NCBI GenBank assembly: GCA_001724265.1 | Contig: MEDY01000053.1 | Location: 62,001 to 108,086, forward strand | DNA from: Rhizaria sp. SCN 62-66 | Taxonomy: Eukaryota | Direction of reading: 5' to 3' | Length of the DNA: 46,086 bases | Shown: positions 1 to 12,300 of the stretch, piece after piece | How positions within the stretch are numbered: position 1 is the stretch's first letter | How the letters are laid out: the number at the start of each line of letters is the position of its first letter | Position numbers and translations under genes: made by a program | Notes under the pieces: generated by a model | What the model was told of the DNA's origin: nothing | Databases searched by the model: none | The model's input: the letters and a program-made list of their open reading frames with translations, nothing else

Positions 1-311
1 TGCTTCCACCCTGCCACACCGCGCGCCGCCCGCGTGCTCGCGCCCGCCCACGTCCCCAGCCGCGTTCAAGCAGGCGTGCCCACTCAGCACCCCTTCTTTT
101 GCACCCCAAGGTTACCTTCTTCTAGTTCCCTCCGAACCCCCCGCGCCGCGCCGCCGCCTCGCTTTATCGTAGCCCGGCCTTGGCCCGCGCTCGCGCTCCT
201 AGCAGCCTCGGCTGCCCCAGCCCTGCTCTGACGCGCACGCACGAGCCGGCGCCCTCCTAACCCCCGCACGCTCGGAGCGCTAGCCCTCCGCGCGGCCCCC
301 GCCAGCTCACT

Positions 312-3300
312 ATGCGCCCCGGCGCGTCCTCGCAGCAGCCGGGCCAGCGCCGCCCCTCCGCGTCCTCCGCGGCGGCGGCGGCGGCGTACAGCAGCGGTGG
401 CGGCGGCGGCGGCGGCGGCGCTGGAGGCGGCGGCGGCGGCGCGGGGCAGATCCCCGGCGGCATGCCGTCGCCGACCTCGGCGATGATTGGCCCCGCAATG
501 TCGCCGTCGCCGCGGTACGGCACGCACACTGGCTCCACTCCAGCCTCCTCTGCCTCTGTACCTGCCTCAGCCTCGTCCTCAGTCTCTGCGTCTGCGTCCG
601 GGTCCGGCTCTGGGTCGATCCAGGTGCCGGTGTCGGTGCCCGCCGGCTACAGCAGCCGCAGCAGCCGGCCGCAGCCGCGTAGCGTGCTCTCCTCGGCCCG
701 CGGCTCGCACAGCAACTCGGCCGCGGCCACGGCGCCCGCCGGCAACTACACTTACACCGCGACCGCTTACACTGCGCCCGTCAGCAGCGCCGGCGCTGGC
801 GTGGCCGCCAGCGCTGCGGCGCAGAGCAGTCAGAACCACAACCGCGGCAGCAGCCGCGGCGCGTTCAGGTTCCCGGACCCGCTGTCGCCGCGGTCGGGGT
901 CGGGGGCCGTGCCAGCCTCGAGCAGCAGCGGCAGCGGCGGCATTGGTGGCAGCGGCAACAGCGGGGCGACGAGCGGCTCCGGCCAACTCTCGAGCGCCAC
1001 CGCCACCGCCGCTGCCGCTGCTGCTGCTGGGACGGGTCGTGACGCCGGTGACGAAGACATGGGCAGCCTGTTCCTGAGAGCAGACGACCTGCCCCTGTAC
1101 CCCGCCCTCAACACCACCGCGAACCTGACCAACTCCAGCAGCGGCAGCACTGCGAGCCGCCCCAATGCCAGCGCCAACGCCAGTGCGAGCTACGGCGCCG
1201 CGCGCGCGAGCGCCGCCCGCGGTTCGCTCGCCTCCCGCTCCGGCAGCGCCACCGCGGCCGCCGCGGCAAACGCAAGCGGTGCTCTGGGCGGCTTGGCGTG
1301 GGAGTCCGACACGTCCCCGTCGACGTCGCGGTCGCGCCCGCGGTCGCGCCCCGACCAGCCGGGCGGCTTCGGCGGCGGCGGCGGCGGCGGCTCCGGCGCG
1401 GCCGGGTTGGGGGGCGACGCCAGGAGCAGGCGCGAGGCAGCGCCGCCGCCGCGGATGCTGCCGCCCGCGCAACGCCGCGCCGTTGCGCAGTACCAGCAGC
1501 AACAGCCGTATCAGCCGAGGCAGGCATCTGGCGGCGCCAAGAGCCGCGGCGGCACCGCGGGCGACTTCGATGAGTACGCGCACTTGGCCGAGGGCCTGTC
1601 GTCCTCGTCGGCGTCGTCGTCCGCGCCGTCCTCTGCCGCCGCCTCGCCGCGCCGCGCGCAGGGCCAAGCGGGCGCCGCGGGCCGCGGGTATGCGCCGACG
1701 CTGAACACTGGCGCGCAGCAGCGCAACAGCAACAGCTACATGTACGGCAGCAACAACCCTGGCGGCAGCAACAGGCCTCGTGGCTCGATATCGAGCGCAA
1801 ACGGCGCTAGCAGCGTGAATGCAGCCAACAGTGCCGGGTTTGGCTCGATTTACATTCAAAACCAGAACCAAGCTCTGAACCAGGGCTCCGACGGCACTAG
1901 TCGCCCCAGCGGCAACGCCGCCAGCATGTCCCAGGGCCCCCGCGGCAGTTTCACCGGCGGTGCGAGCGCGAATGTGGGCGCCGGCGTCCACGCGAGCGGC
2001 GTCATGTACGACCCGGGCTACGGCGGCGGCGGCGGCTTCGGCGCTGACTATGGTGACGACGGGGGCGTGTTCGACAGCGGGCTCTTCTTCAACGAGAGAG
2101 ACACCGTCGCGGCCGCTGCTTCGACTCCCTCTTCCGCTACAGCAGCGACGCGGCAGCGCACGCAATCGCACCAACAGCAGCAACAGCAACAGGTGCAGCA
2201 GCAACAACAACAGATGCAACAGCAGCAACAGCAGCAGGGCCAGAGGCGCAGTCTCGGCGCCCGGCCCCAGCCTCTGACCATCGCCAACTCCAGCTCGGGC
2301 CCCGGCCCCGCCTCGGCCTCGCTGACCAGCCCGCTGCTGCTGCCGACGCCCACGCCGGCCGCCAGCAGCCTTGGCTACGGACCGGGCGTGGCTGCGCCAG
2401 GCACCGCCTCGCCCGCCACCGCCACCGCCACCGCGACTGCGGGCGGCGCGACCGGCGTGCCATTGACGCCGCCCACGCCGCCGCTGGCTCCCGGCTCCGC
2501 GGGCTCTGGCTCTGGCTCTGGCGCAGCGGTAGGCGGCGCTGCCAGCGGGGCTGCACACGCCGGTCAGCGCCTCTCCCCGTCCCAGGGCCACGCTCTCGCT
2601 CTGGCCCGCGCGCGCGCTCTAGCCCGGGAGCGCGCGCTAGCGCAGCAGCCTCCCGTGCCAGTGCCGGTCACCGCTTCAGCCGCCTCGGCCGCCGTGGCCG
2701 CCGCGGCCGCTGCAGCCGCCGGCGCCGTCGGGCCCGGCACAACCGCGGTGTCGTCGCTGGCTGAGCTCGAGGCTGTGTCCGCGGCCGCGCTTGCCGCGAA
2801 CGCGTTCAGGACGCCGGTGCGCCGCACGCCGACCCACGCTGCCGCCGCCGTGCCGGTGCTCCAGGGGTCCGCCGCGACGCCCGCCAGCGTTGGCGGCGTT
2901 GGCGGCGTCGGCGGCGTCGGCGCGATCGCCCCGCTGTCAAGCACTGGCACCGGTATGGGCGGAATGAGCGTCGGCACGGGCTTCGCGTTTGGCGGCGCGC
3001 CTGTGGGAGTGCCGGTGCAAGCAGCCTACTCGCCGCTGTCGTACAACCACTCGGTCTCCACCGCCAGCGGCTTCGGCGCCGGCGCTGGCGCTGGCAATGG
3101 CACGCCGTCGTTGTCCGCGTCCTCGCTGTCGCAGTCGCTTTCGCTGTCTATCGTTGGCTCCAGCTCCGCATCGGCCTCGGCGTCGACGCTAGGCCAAACC
3201 GGCAGCGGCAGTGGCGGCCTGGTTGGCAGCAGTCTGTTGCCGTCGCCGCCGTCGCCGCTTGTCATCACAACGCCCCACGCCTCGGTCACCACTGCACCAA

Positions 3301-6300
3301 CTACCTCGTCGACCGCGACCGTGGCCGCCTCGGCCTCGGCGTCGTCGATTACGGCGGCGACCGTGTCCGGACTCGGCTTGGGCCTCGGCCTGGGGTTGGG
3401 GCTCGCTTTGGGCGCAGCACCCCTGCAGTCGCCCTCGGTGGGCTCGCAGTCGCCGCCGCTGGCGACCCCCGGCATCCCGGCCGCGTCCTCGACCGTCGCG
3501 CTGGCGATCGGCTCGCCGTCGCACGGGCTCGCGGCGCAGGGGGCCGCGCTCACGCAGACGCACGCGCAGAGCCAACAGCAGCAACAGCAGCAGCACAGCC
3601 ACGCGCAGGGGCTGGCCCACGGCCACGCGCACGCGCTGTCAGCGCACGGCCTCCCGCCCGCGCACGCGCTCAGCCTGGGCGCGGCGGCGCTGGGCTCGCC
3701 GCCCTCTCTCGGCTCGCCGCCGGCGGGCTTCTGGGCCGTCGGCGGCGCGGGCGGCGCTGGCGCCGGGGCGGCGGGCGGCTTGGGCTCGCCGCCGGGACTT
3801 GCACACGGGTTTTCATTCACGCCCACGCACTCCGCCGCTGCGCAGTCCACCACGCAGTCCGCGGCGCAGTCGTTCTCGGTGCCTGCCACCGGGGCCGCGG
3901 CGACGACGCCGACGATGGGGGCTGCGACAACGCCCCATAGCGCTGCCGCGAACGGCAAGGCGAGCCCTTCTGCGCGCCCTTCGCTGATTTTGGTTTCTGG
4001 CGACGGCCCGTTGGGCAGCTCGCCTCCGCAACACCCTCTATCGCCGTCGGCCGTCTCCCTCAGCCACAGCCAGAGCTCCGCGACTGCCCCTGGAGCCAAG
4101 TCGAGTCCGCCGTACGCGCCACTCAGCCCCACTGCAGCCAGTGCAGCCAACCGCGCTGTCAGCGGCAGTCTCGAGCCCAGTGCAAATGCGAATAGTGCAG
4201 GCCCGCCGCCGTCGCCGGGCCCAGCCCGTCCGCGCCGCCGCTCCAGCCTCAAGGCTTCGGTTGCCGCCGCCGCCGTCGCCGCCGCTGCTGCGGCCGAGGC
4301 TGCGAGCGCCGAGGCCGCTGCGACCGGTGGCCGTCGCGACAGCGCCGCTGTGGGCGGTGATGCCGTCCCGCCCCCGGAGCTGCTGCTGCGCCGACGCACG
4401 ACCACCGCGCTCGCCTCCGCGCTCGCCTCTGCGACCGCGGCCGCGACCGCGGCTGCCTCTGTGCCGGGCACAGCGGCAGCGGCTGCGACGGAGACAGCGG
4501 CTGCGACGGCGGCGCGGCGGCGCGTGCGTGCGCGCGTGCAGCCGACCAAGGTCCGCGGCCTCACCGCCGCAGCGACCGCGAGCGGGGCCACTGCCGGCGC
4601 TCGCGCAGGCAGCGCGTCGCCGCTCTCGGCAGCTGCACCTGCAGTCGCTGCTGGCGCGAGCGCTGCGCCGCTGTCGCTGTCTCAACCGCTACCGCAGGCG
4701 CTGATGCCCGGTGTCGTGCCGCTGTCTCCCGTCGCCGTTGTCGTGCCCACCCCCACGGCCGCGAGCTTCTACACCGGCGGCAACTCCAACTCCAACAGCG
4801 TCACCAGCCCCGCCACCGCCGCGCCGGCGCCCGTGACGCGCGCCGCGACCGTGCCCGCGTCCGTCGCCACGTCCAGCGCCGCAGCGGCGGCCAGTGCGGC
4901 AGCGGCGGCCTTGAGCGCCGTCAGCGGCCTCGGCGTCGGCGCCCTGCGCGGCGGGGGCGGGCTGTCGCCGGCCACGAGCAACAGCGTGCCTGCTACCGGC
5001 GCCGGCTCCAGCACTGGCACGGGCACTGGCGCTGGCACTGGCTCTAGCGCGAGCTCTAGTTCCAGCTCGACTGCGACGACGACGGCTGCGACCGCGCGCC
5101 GGCCGTCTACCTCTGGTTCCCCTGCTACTGCGCCTGCAACAACCCCGAAGACCACGGCAACCTCTGGGGTGCCTGACGCAACGAAGGCGCTTCCGACTGC
5201 CAAGGCTGGAGCTGCAGCTGGCACTCAGGCTTCTGCTGCCGCTGCGATGACGTCTCCCCGGTCTCTGCCTCAGTCTTCGTCGTCAGCCTCATCTTCGTCG
5301 TCGTCTTCGCCGCTCGCGGCCGCCAGAAGCTCTGCCGTCGCGCTCGGCGGGGGCTACGGCGGCGACAGTAGTGACGAGGCCGGCGACGACAGCGACGACG
5401 GCGACGACGAGAACAATGTCGACGAAGAGGACGACGAGGAGAACGAGGACGACGGCGACGGTGACAGCGTTAGCAGCACCATCGGCGCTGCAGCTCCAGT
5501 GGCAGCTGCTGCGTCGTCGACCTCGGCGTCTCGCGCCGCACTGCCCACGCCGCTGCTCACGCCGCTGTCCCCGCTGTCGCCCGCGTCGCCGCCGCTGCGC
5601 GCGCCGGTGCCGCCAGCGTCCGCGCCCTCGGCGCCCTCCACAGTTGCGTCCGCGGCGGCAGCCAGCTCTAGCCCGCCCGCGACCGCTGCCGCGGCCGCCA
5701 ACGGCGCTGCGAGCGCGGCGCCGTCGGGAAAGATGACCGTGACCGCGAGCGCCGCAACCGCCGCGGGCACTGGCGGCGTCGGCGCGGCGCGGCCGGCCGC
5801 GCTGCGCAGCGCTGCTGAGGTTGACCCGCAGTCTTTGTCGATGTCGCTGCCGACCGCGCTCTTGCTGCCGACCGCGCTCACCACGCCTCAGTCGCAGGGC
5901 ACGACGACGACGACGACAGCGACGACGGCGAGCTCGGTAGCATCTGGTGCGACGGACCCTTCCAGTAGCAGCAGCAGTAGCAACGCGCCGACCGCGGCCG
6001 CCGCCGCCCTGGCCGCGCTGCGACCCGGCGCTTTGTTTCAGTCCCGCAGCGCAATGCCCACCGTGCCCGTCACCCCCGGCACGGACGCGCGACCGGACGC
6101 GCTGCTGGCGGTGCCGCTGCCGCTCAACGCCCCGGGCTCGGCGCCGCACTCCGCGGGCGCCGCGGCTCCTGCGGCGGGCCCCAGCGTTGATGGGGCCGAG
6201 GCGGCGGGCGGCTTAACGTCCGTGTCGTCGAACGGCACCGTGCTGTTTTACCAGGGCACGCCGTCAGCCCGCGCGCGCACGCTGCGCGGCCCAAGTGCCA

Positions 6301-9300
6301 GCACCCCAAGCACGGTCAGTCTGACCAGCGTGAGCGCGAGCGTGACGCGGTCGTCGCCGCTCGTCTCTGCGAACGCCCACAGCTTCCAGAGCCAGGGCCT
6401 CAGCAGCGCGATGAACCAGCAGCCGCAGCAGCCCGGTGCCAGTCCGAACCGCAGCCACAGCGGCAGTGCCAGCGCCAGCGGCGCGCACAGCGAGGCCGCG
6501 CACTCGCGCTCGCGCAGTGGCAGTGGCAGCAGCAGCGTTAGCGTCAGCGGCTCCGCTTCGGGCCTGCCCGGGAGCAGTAGCAGCAGCAGCAGCGCGGTTG
6601 TCGCCGCCGCCCCTGCCGCCGCAAGTCTGGCCGACGACGAATCAGCGCGCGCGCGCCGAATGTTCCGCGGCCGCCGCGCTTACGAGCGTGGCGTCACCAC
6701 CGCCCACCGCAGCACAGGCCACGGCTACAGCTACGGCGCGTCTGCTGATAGCGACGCCGAACCCGACTCGGACTACGGCGTCGGCGGCCACCACGGCGCG
6801 GACGGTGACGGCGACGACGACAGTGTGTGCACCGACTACGAAGATCTCTTCAGTCCCACGCCGCCGCCGCAGCAGTCGCCGACGGCCGCGCTGTCGCCGG
6901 GCGCGCGCGAGCGCCTGCGCCGCAGCAAGCGCGCGAGTGTCGTTGGCGCGGCCGCTGTCAAGGCAGCTGGTCGACGTGTGGGCGCAGGCAGCGCCGACGG
7001 CCGGAGTGACAGTGACAGCGATGTTGAGAGCGGCAGCGACGAGGAGATGCTGTTTTTTACAGAGACAGATCTCGAGAAGCACTTCTGGTCCGGCATCGAT
7101 GCGCCCTCCGCGTCGCTGTCGCCGGCGCTGTCACAGCAGCAGAGGCCGCGGACGCGGTCGCCCGGCGGCTCTGCCGGCGCCAGCGGCGGCGGCAACAACG
7201 CCGGAAGCGGGCCCAGCGCCCTGCCCTCGCACCGCCATTTGCGCGCAGCGAGCAGCGCCCGCCCTTCTGTCACTGCGTCTGCCGGGCAGGCACCGGCGCC
7301 TGCGCCTACGCCCACGCCGACGCGTGCAGCAACGAAGACAACCTCGTCGACCTCTGGCACTGGCACTGGCGCTGCCTCGGCTTCGGCTTCCGTCTCGTCC
7401 TCGCTGAAGTCCACACTGGCCGCAGCTGGCGCGAACGCCACCGTGAGCGCTGCCGGAACACCTCCAACTGCGACCACGGCTGCCGCGACTGCCCACATCA
7501 ACTCGCCGCACGCGGTTGCGCTGCGCATGGCTGGCGCGACGCGCGCGCGCCTGCAGCCTCTGTTCCCGCCTCCGCAGCCGCAGTCGCTGCAGCTGCTTCC
7601 CGCGCCCTCCCCGGGCTCTGCAACTGTCCCTACTGCGACCACGAATGTCTTCGCAGCGCCGCTGCCGTCGCCGACCGCAGCGCCGGTCGACGCGTCGTCT
7701 CCGCTGCCACAGACGCGAGAGCCCGGACAAGACGGCCATACCGTGGGCATGGACTCGCCATCCCTGCTGCTGGCTGCGCCCGTCGCCGCGAGCGCCGGCA
7801 TTGAGGCCGCTGCGGACGCAGTCGCCGCCGCGCTGGCCGCGCTCGCGGTCTCCGGCGCGCTACCTGCTGATGCCGACGCCGGCGCGGCCGGGAACGCCGA
7901 GAAGTCCGTCGCCGCCGCGGTTGATGTCGCGGAGTCGCTCTCGGCCACCGCGCCCGCGGCCGCTGTGGCGGCGGCGCGGCTCGCAGTCGCGGGCTCGGTC
8001 GCAGGCTCAGTCGCTGGCGTTGCCATCGCACGGCTCATCTCTGTCGTCGCCAACGCCGCTGCCACCGCGTCCCCCGACGCCGCTGAGATGCACGTCGAGA
8101 CGGGCGCCGACGCCGCCGCGGACATCGGCACGGCCGTGCCGCTTGCGCCCGTGCCTGCGGCCGTCACCGCGTCGGCCTTTGCCGCCGCCGCCGCGGCCGC
8201 TGGGTCCTGGCCCGGCGGCACGGCGCCCGGTGACGCCCCCGCTGTTATCTCTTTCTCGGAGCAAGTCTGGGCGATTCTACAGTGCGGACGCGTGTTTACG
8301 CGGCTTAAGCCTGCAGCCACGGCGCGCCGTGGACCCTTTGCGGCTGGCCAGTCTTCACGGCGCGTGTTCCTGTGCCGGTCTGAGCCGCATGACGCGTTGC
8401 TGCTGTTCAAGGACACCGGGCGAAAGACGCGCACGGGCCTGCCGCACTTTGCGCAGTCGCGCGCGATCCCGTGCGGCGAACTCATCGACGTGCAGCGCGG
8501 CCTTGTCGGCGTCACCAGCGAGGAGGTGGCGAGGCTCGGCGCGTGCGAGCGCCACTGCATCACCGTGTCGTGCGGCTCGCAACACGGCGTGCTGTACCTG
8601 CAAGCAGACTCGGTCAAAACGTGCTCGCTGTGGTGCTTTCTGCTGCTGTTGCTCAAGAACTACAGCGGTGTGCCCCCGCAGCTGCGCCCGCACATGCGCG
8701 TCTCTGAGTTTGTCGTGCCGCCGCCAAACCCGTTCTACTTGGCGCAGAAGCTCGACATGCTGTACGGCACGATTTTGCCGCCCGGCAAGGACAAGCCCCC
8801 GCGCGAGCGCAGCATCTGGCAGCAGATCTCGATCGCCTACGTCAAGGTGCCTGTGCTGCCGACTACGTATACTTCGCCAGCACCGGACGACCCGAGGAAC
8901 GCTCTCGCGGACGGCTCAACGAAAGAGGCACACCCGTCGACGACAACGACCGCCGCCGCGGTCACCGCGGGCACCGCTTTCGGCCGCGCCCTCCGCGAGG
9001 CCGTTGCCGAGGCCAACGCCGCGTCATCGAGCCGCAACCCGCCGCTGGTGCAGAGCGAGGCGCTGACGTCGCCCGCGTCGCGGCTGTCCATCCTCGCGAC
9101 CCCGGCGCCCATGTCCTCGGCGCAGACGGCGCTGCTGTTCGAGCGGCTGCTTGTCGCCGGCCAGTACGTAGCGCACTACCTCACGCCGACGTCCGCGCCG
9201 TCGATCCTGTTCCTTCGGCTGGACCCGTCGCTTGAGTCGATCGTGTTCCGCCACGACCGCATCGGCACGTTCAAAAGCTCGATCCCCGTCGCGGACATCG

Positions 9301-12300
9301 TCTCTCTGCTGCCGATGCGCGGCTCGCCGCTGCTGGGCCGCACCAAGTACCCAGTCACGCTGCGCCTGCGCTCGGGCTCCACGTCGGCCGTGTTCGTCGG
9401 CACCCTGCTCGCGCCGACCGAGCCCGACCGCGACCCCGACGCGACGCTCGGCTCCGCGGTTATGGGCGACAACCCCGTGCTCGCTGCCAAGGCCGCGCGG
9501 CCGCAATCGAGGCACGCACCCGCCACGCTGGCCGCCGCCGCCGCCGCGGGCGCCGCCACGACGGCCGTCCCGCAGGACACTGCGCTGGCGGGCGGCCGCA
9601 GGCTCGTCTCGCGTCTGCAGCGGCTGCGGCCCGGCACGGCGAGCGATTGCGAATCAGACTCGGAAGTGGCTGACCCCGCAGTAATGTTCGCGCTCGACCT
9701 CGACACCGCCATCAAGGGCGCGGGCCCCGGTGCCGTTGCCGCCGCGAACGCTGCCCTGGCCGCCAGTGGCGGGAGTATGCTGCGTGCAATGATGCCCGGC
9801 GTGCCCCGCAAGGGGGACCCCGACTTCCGTAACGCCATGTCATCGTTCTCAACGACAACGGCTGCTGCTGCGTCGCTGCACATGGTGCCGCCTGCCGCAG
9901 CGGCCGCAGCCGCTGGTCCGAGCGGTGCGGGAACGGAGGGTGGAACCACTCACGACAGCGCGGGCAACAACTACATGCACGTCGCTAACGTCAAAAAGGG
10001 CTCGGTCGGCTCTTTGGAGCTGCCGAAGGACGTGCTCACGCCCTACCCCGGCATGGCAGCCGCTGCGACGCGTGCCGCCGCCTTGCACGCCGCCGACTCC
10101 GTCGCCACCACCACGACGGCGAGCAGCGGCAGCACCAGCGGCAGCCTCGTGAGCGACGGCGAAGGCGGCACTTTCGGCGTCGTCGACGACACCGTCGCCG
10201 ACCTGTTGTGCCGCATGTCTGGCTCTCTGCGCGGCGTCACCACCGGCCCGCTCACCGCTGCGCTCGACTCGGTGGCCCGCGCGCGCGCCCAGGCCGCACT
10301 GGCGCTGCCCGCGCCGCACACGGGCGAGATGCCTCTGACTCTGGACTTCCACCTCGCCTTCAACGACTATCCTACATCGCTGCTTTGGTACACTGCGCTG
10401 CGCTGGCTGCGCGCGCGCGACGCCAAGCGCGCCGCCGCTGCCGCCGCCGCCGCCACTGCTGCCGCCGCTGCTGCCGCCGCTGCTGCCGCCGCAACTGGTG
10501 CAGCGACGACAACTGGTCGCCGCGAAGGCTACCCACATGGCTTTGTCCACGGCCACAGGCGCGGCGCTATGGTGTCGAAAAGCGCGCTCGCCGCTGCAGA
10601 CTTAAGCGCTGCGACTGCAGCCACCGCGGCGACTCTGGGCGCGACTGGCGCTCACGTAGGGCGTGCTCAGAAGCGGGCGACGGGGCGCGCCCGCGGTGCG
10701 CGCGCCAGCAGCATTGCAGTGGCCGCGCTCCCCGCAGCGGCCGCTGCCGCCGCCGCGGCCGCCGCGGCCGCTGCCACCCCCGGCATCGTGCAAAGCGACA
10801 GCGTTGTCGTCGCTGCTCCGGACGTCGAGGGCGACGTCGGCACTGTGCTGTCGATGTCGCCGTCACACGGCGGCGCCGCGAAGCCTGAGATCGATCAAGT
10901 CGACCTAGCCGAGGGCGAGGCAGAGGTGGGCGGAGAGGTGGGGCCCGAGGCAGAGCTCGAATTGGCGCTCACCAAGCGCCGCCGCTCTGCGTCCGGGCTG
11001 CCTCAGCTGCCGACGCCGACTCTCGCGCAGCCCCAGCAGCAGCAGATCGCGCAGCAGACGCTTGCGCAGGCCCAGGCGCAGGTGACTGCGCACGCCAACA
11101 TGCGCATTCTCGCGCCGCGCTCGGCTCTCTCAACGCAGGCCGCAGACGCCAAGGCGCGCGCAGGCTCATTCCTGCAGTACCAGTATTATGCGGACGAAGC
11201 CCCGGCGGCACAAACTCTTGCAGAAAAAGGCGGAGTCGCCACTCCAGCCGCGCCCGTCCCCACGGCGGGCGTGGACACTGCGCGCGCGCTAGATTGGTGC
11301 GCGCAGTTCTTCGCCACTGGCCGCGCGTTCCGCGCCTTCGGCCCCGATTCAGCCGGCCGCGTGTACTCGGTGCTGCGCCGCAACGCGCCTGGCGCGCCGC
11401 TGCCGCCTGTAAACGCGCGCCTCGACGCGCAGCAGCCCAGCTCGGCGGCCTCGCTCGCGTGGCAGGCACAGTCACTGCAGACAGCCGCAGCGTCGGTCGC
11501 CGGCCCCCCGTCCGCGTTCGTGCAGACGTCGCCGGCGCAGGCCGTTGCTGTCAAGGTCGTTGCTACGGACAGCCTCGAGGCTGAGACGGAGATGAGCGTG
11601 CTGCGCTACTGCCGGCACCCAAATATCACCGTCTTCTTCGGCGCGCACACGCCGACCAGCGTGAACACCACCGCGAGCCTGCTCTCGGTCGGAACCGCGC
11701 AGCGCACGTACTTGCTGCTCGAGCTCTACCAGTCTGGCTCTGTTGCTGCCGTGCTCGCGCGCTCGCGCAGGACGCTGCGCGAGTGGCATATTGCGCTGCT
11801 GCTGCGTGGCGTCGCCAGTGCGCTTATGTACTTGCACGCGCGCGGTGTCGTGCACCGTGACATCAAGGCTGCGAACGTGATGCTCTCCGCCGGTGGCACG
11901 GTCGTCAAGGTGGCTGACTTTGGCGTTGCATTGGTCGATCCCGACGCGCTTGACGCTGCAATCCGCGCCGAATCTGCCGCCGCCAGCGCCGGGCTGCGTA
12001 CGGAGGAGCACGCGCGCCTGCAGTCGCTGCAGGCCGCCGCAGCATCGCGCCTGGCCGGATCACCGCTGTGGATGTCCCCCGAGGTCCTCTCCGGCAGCAC
12101 GGCGACCGCGGCGGCGGACATCTGGGCGCTGGGCGTGCTCGCGGTCGAGACTGCGCAGCGCGGTCGCGTGCCGCACCAGTCGGCTGCGAGCGTCGTCGAC
12201 CTCGCCGTCGCGGTCATCACGGGGCCTGCGCCCACGGTCCCCATCGCGCCCGACACCGACTCTAGCGCCAACGCTGCGCCCACTTCTGTGACTACTGCTG

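Noticed and set aside
34-231. Upstream 65-codon ORF
   Set aside because: GTG start and no supporting features; likely 5'UTR or promoter of the kinase gene.
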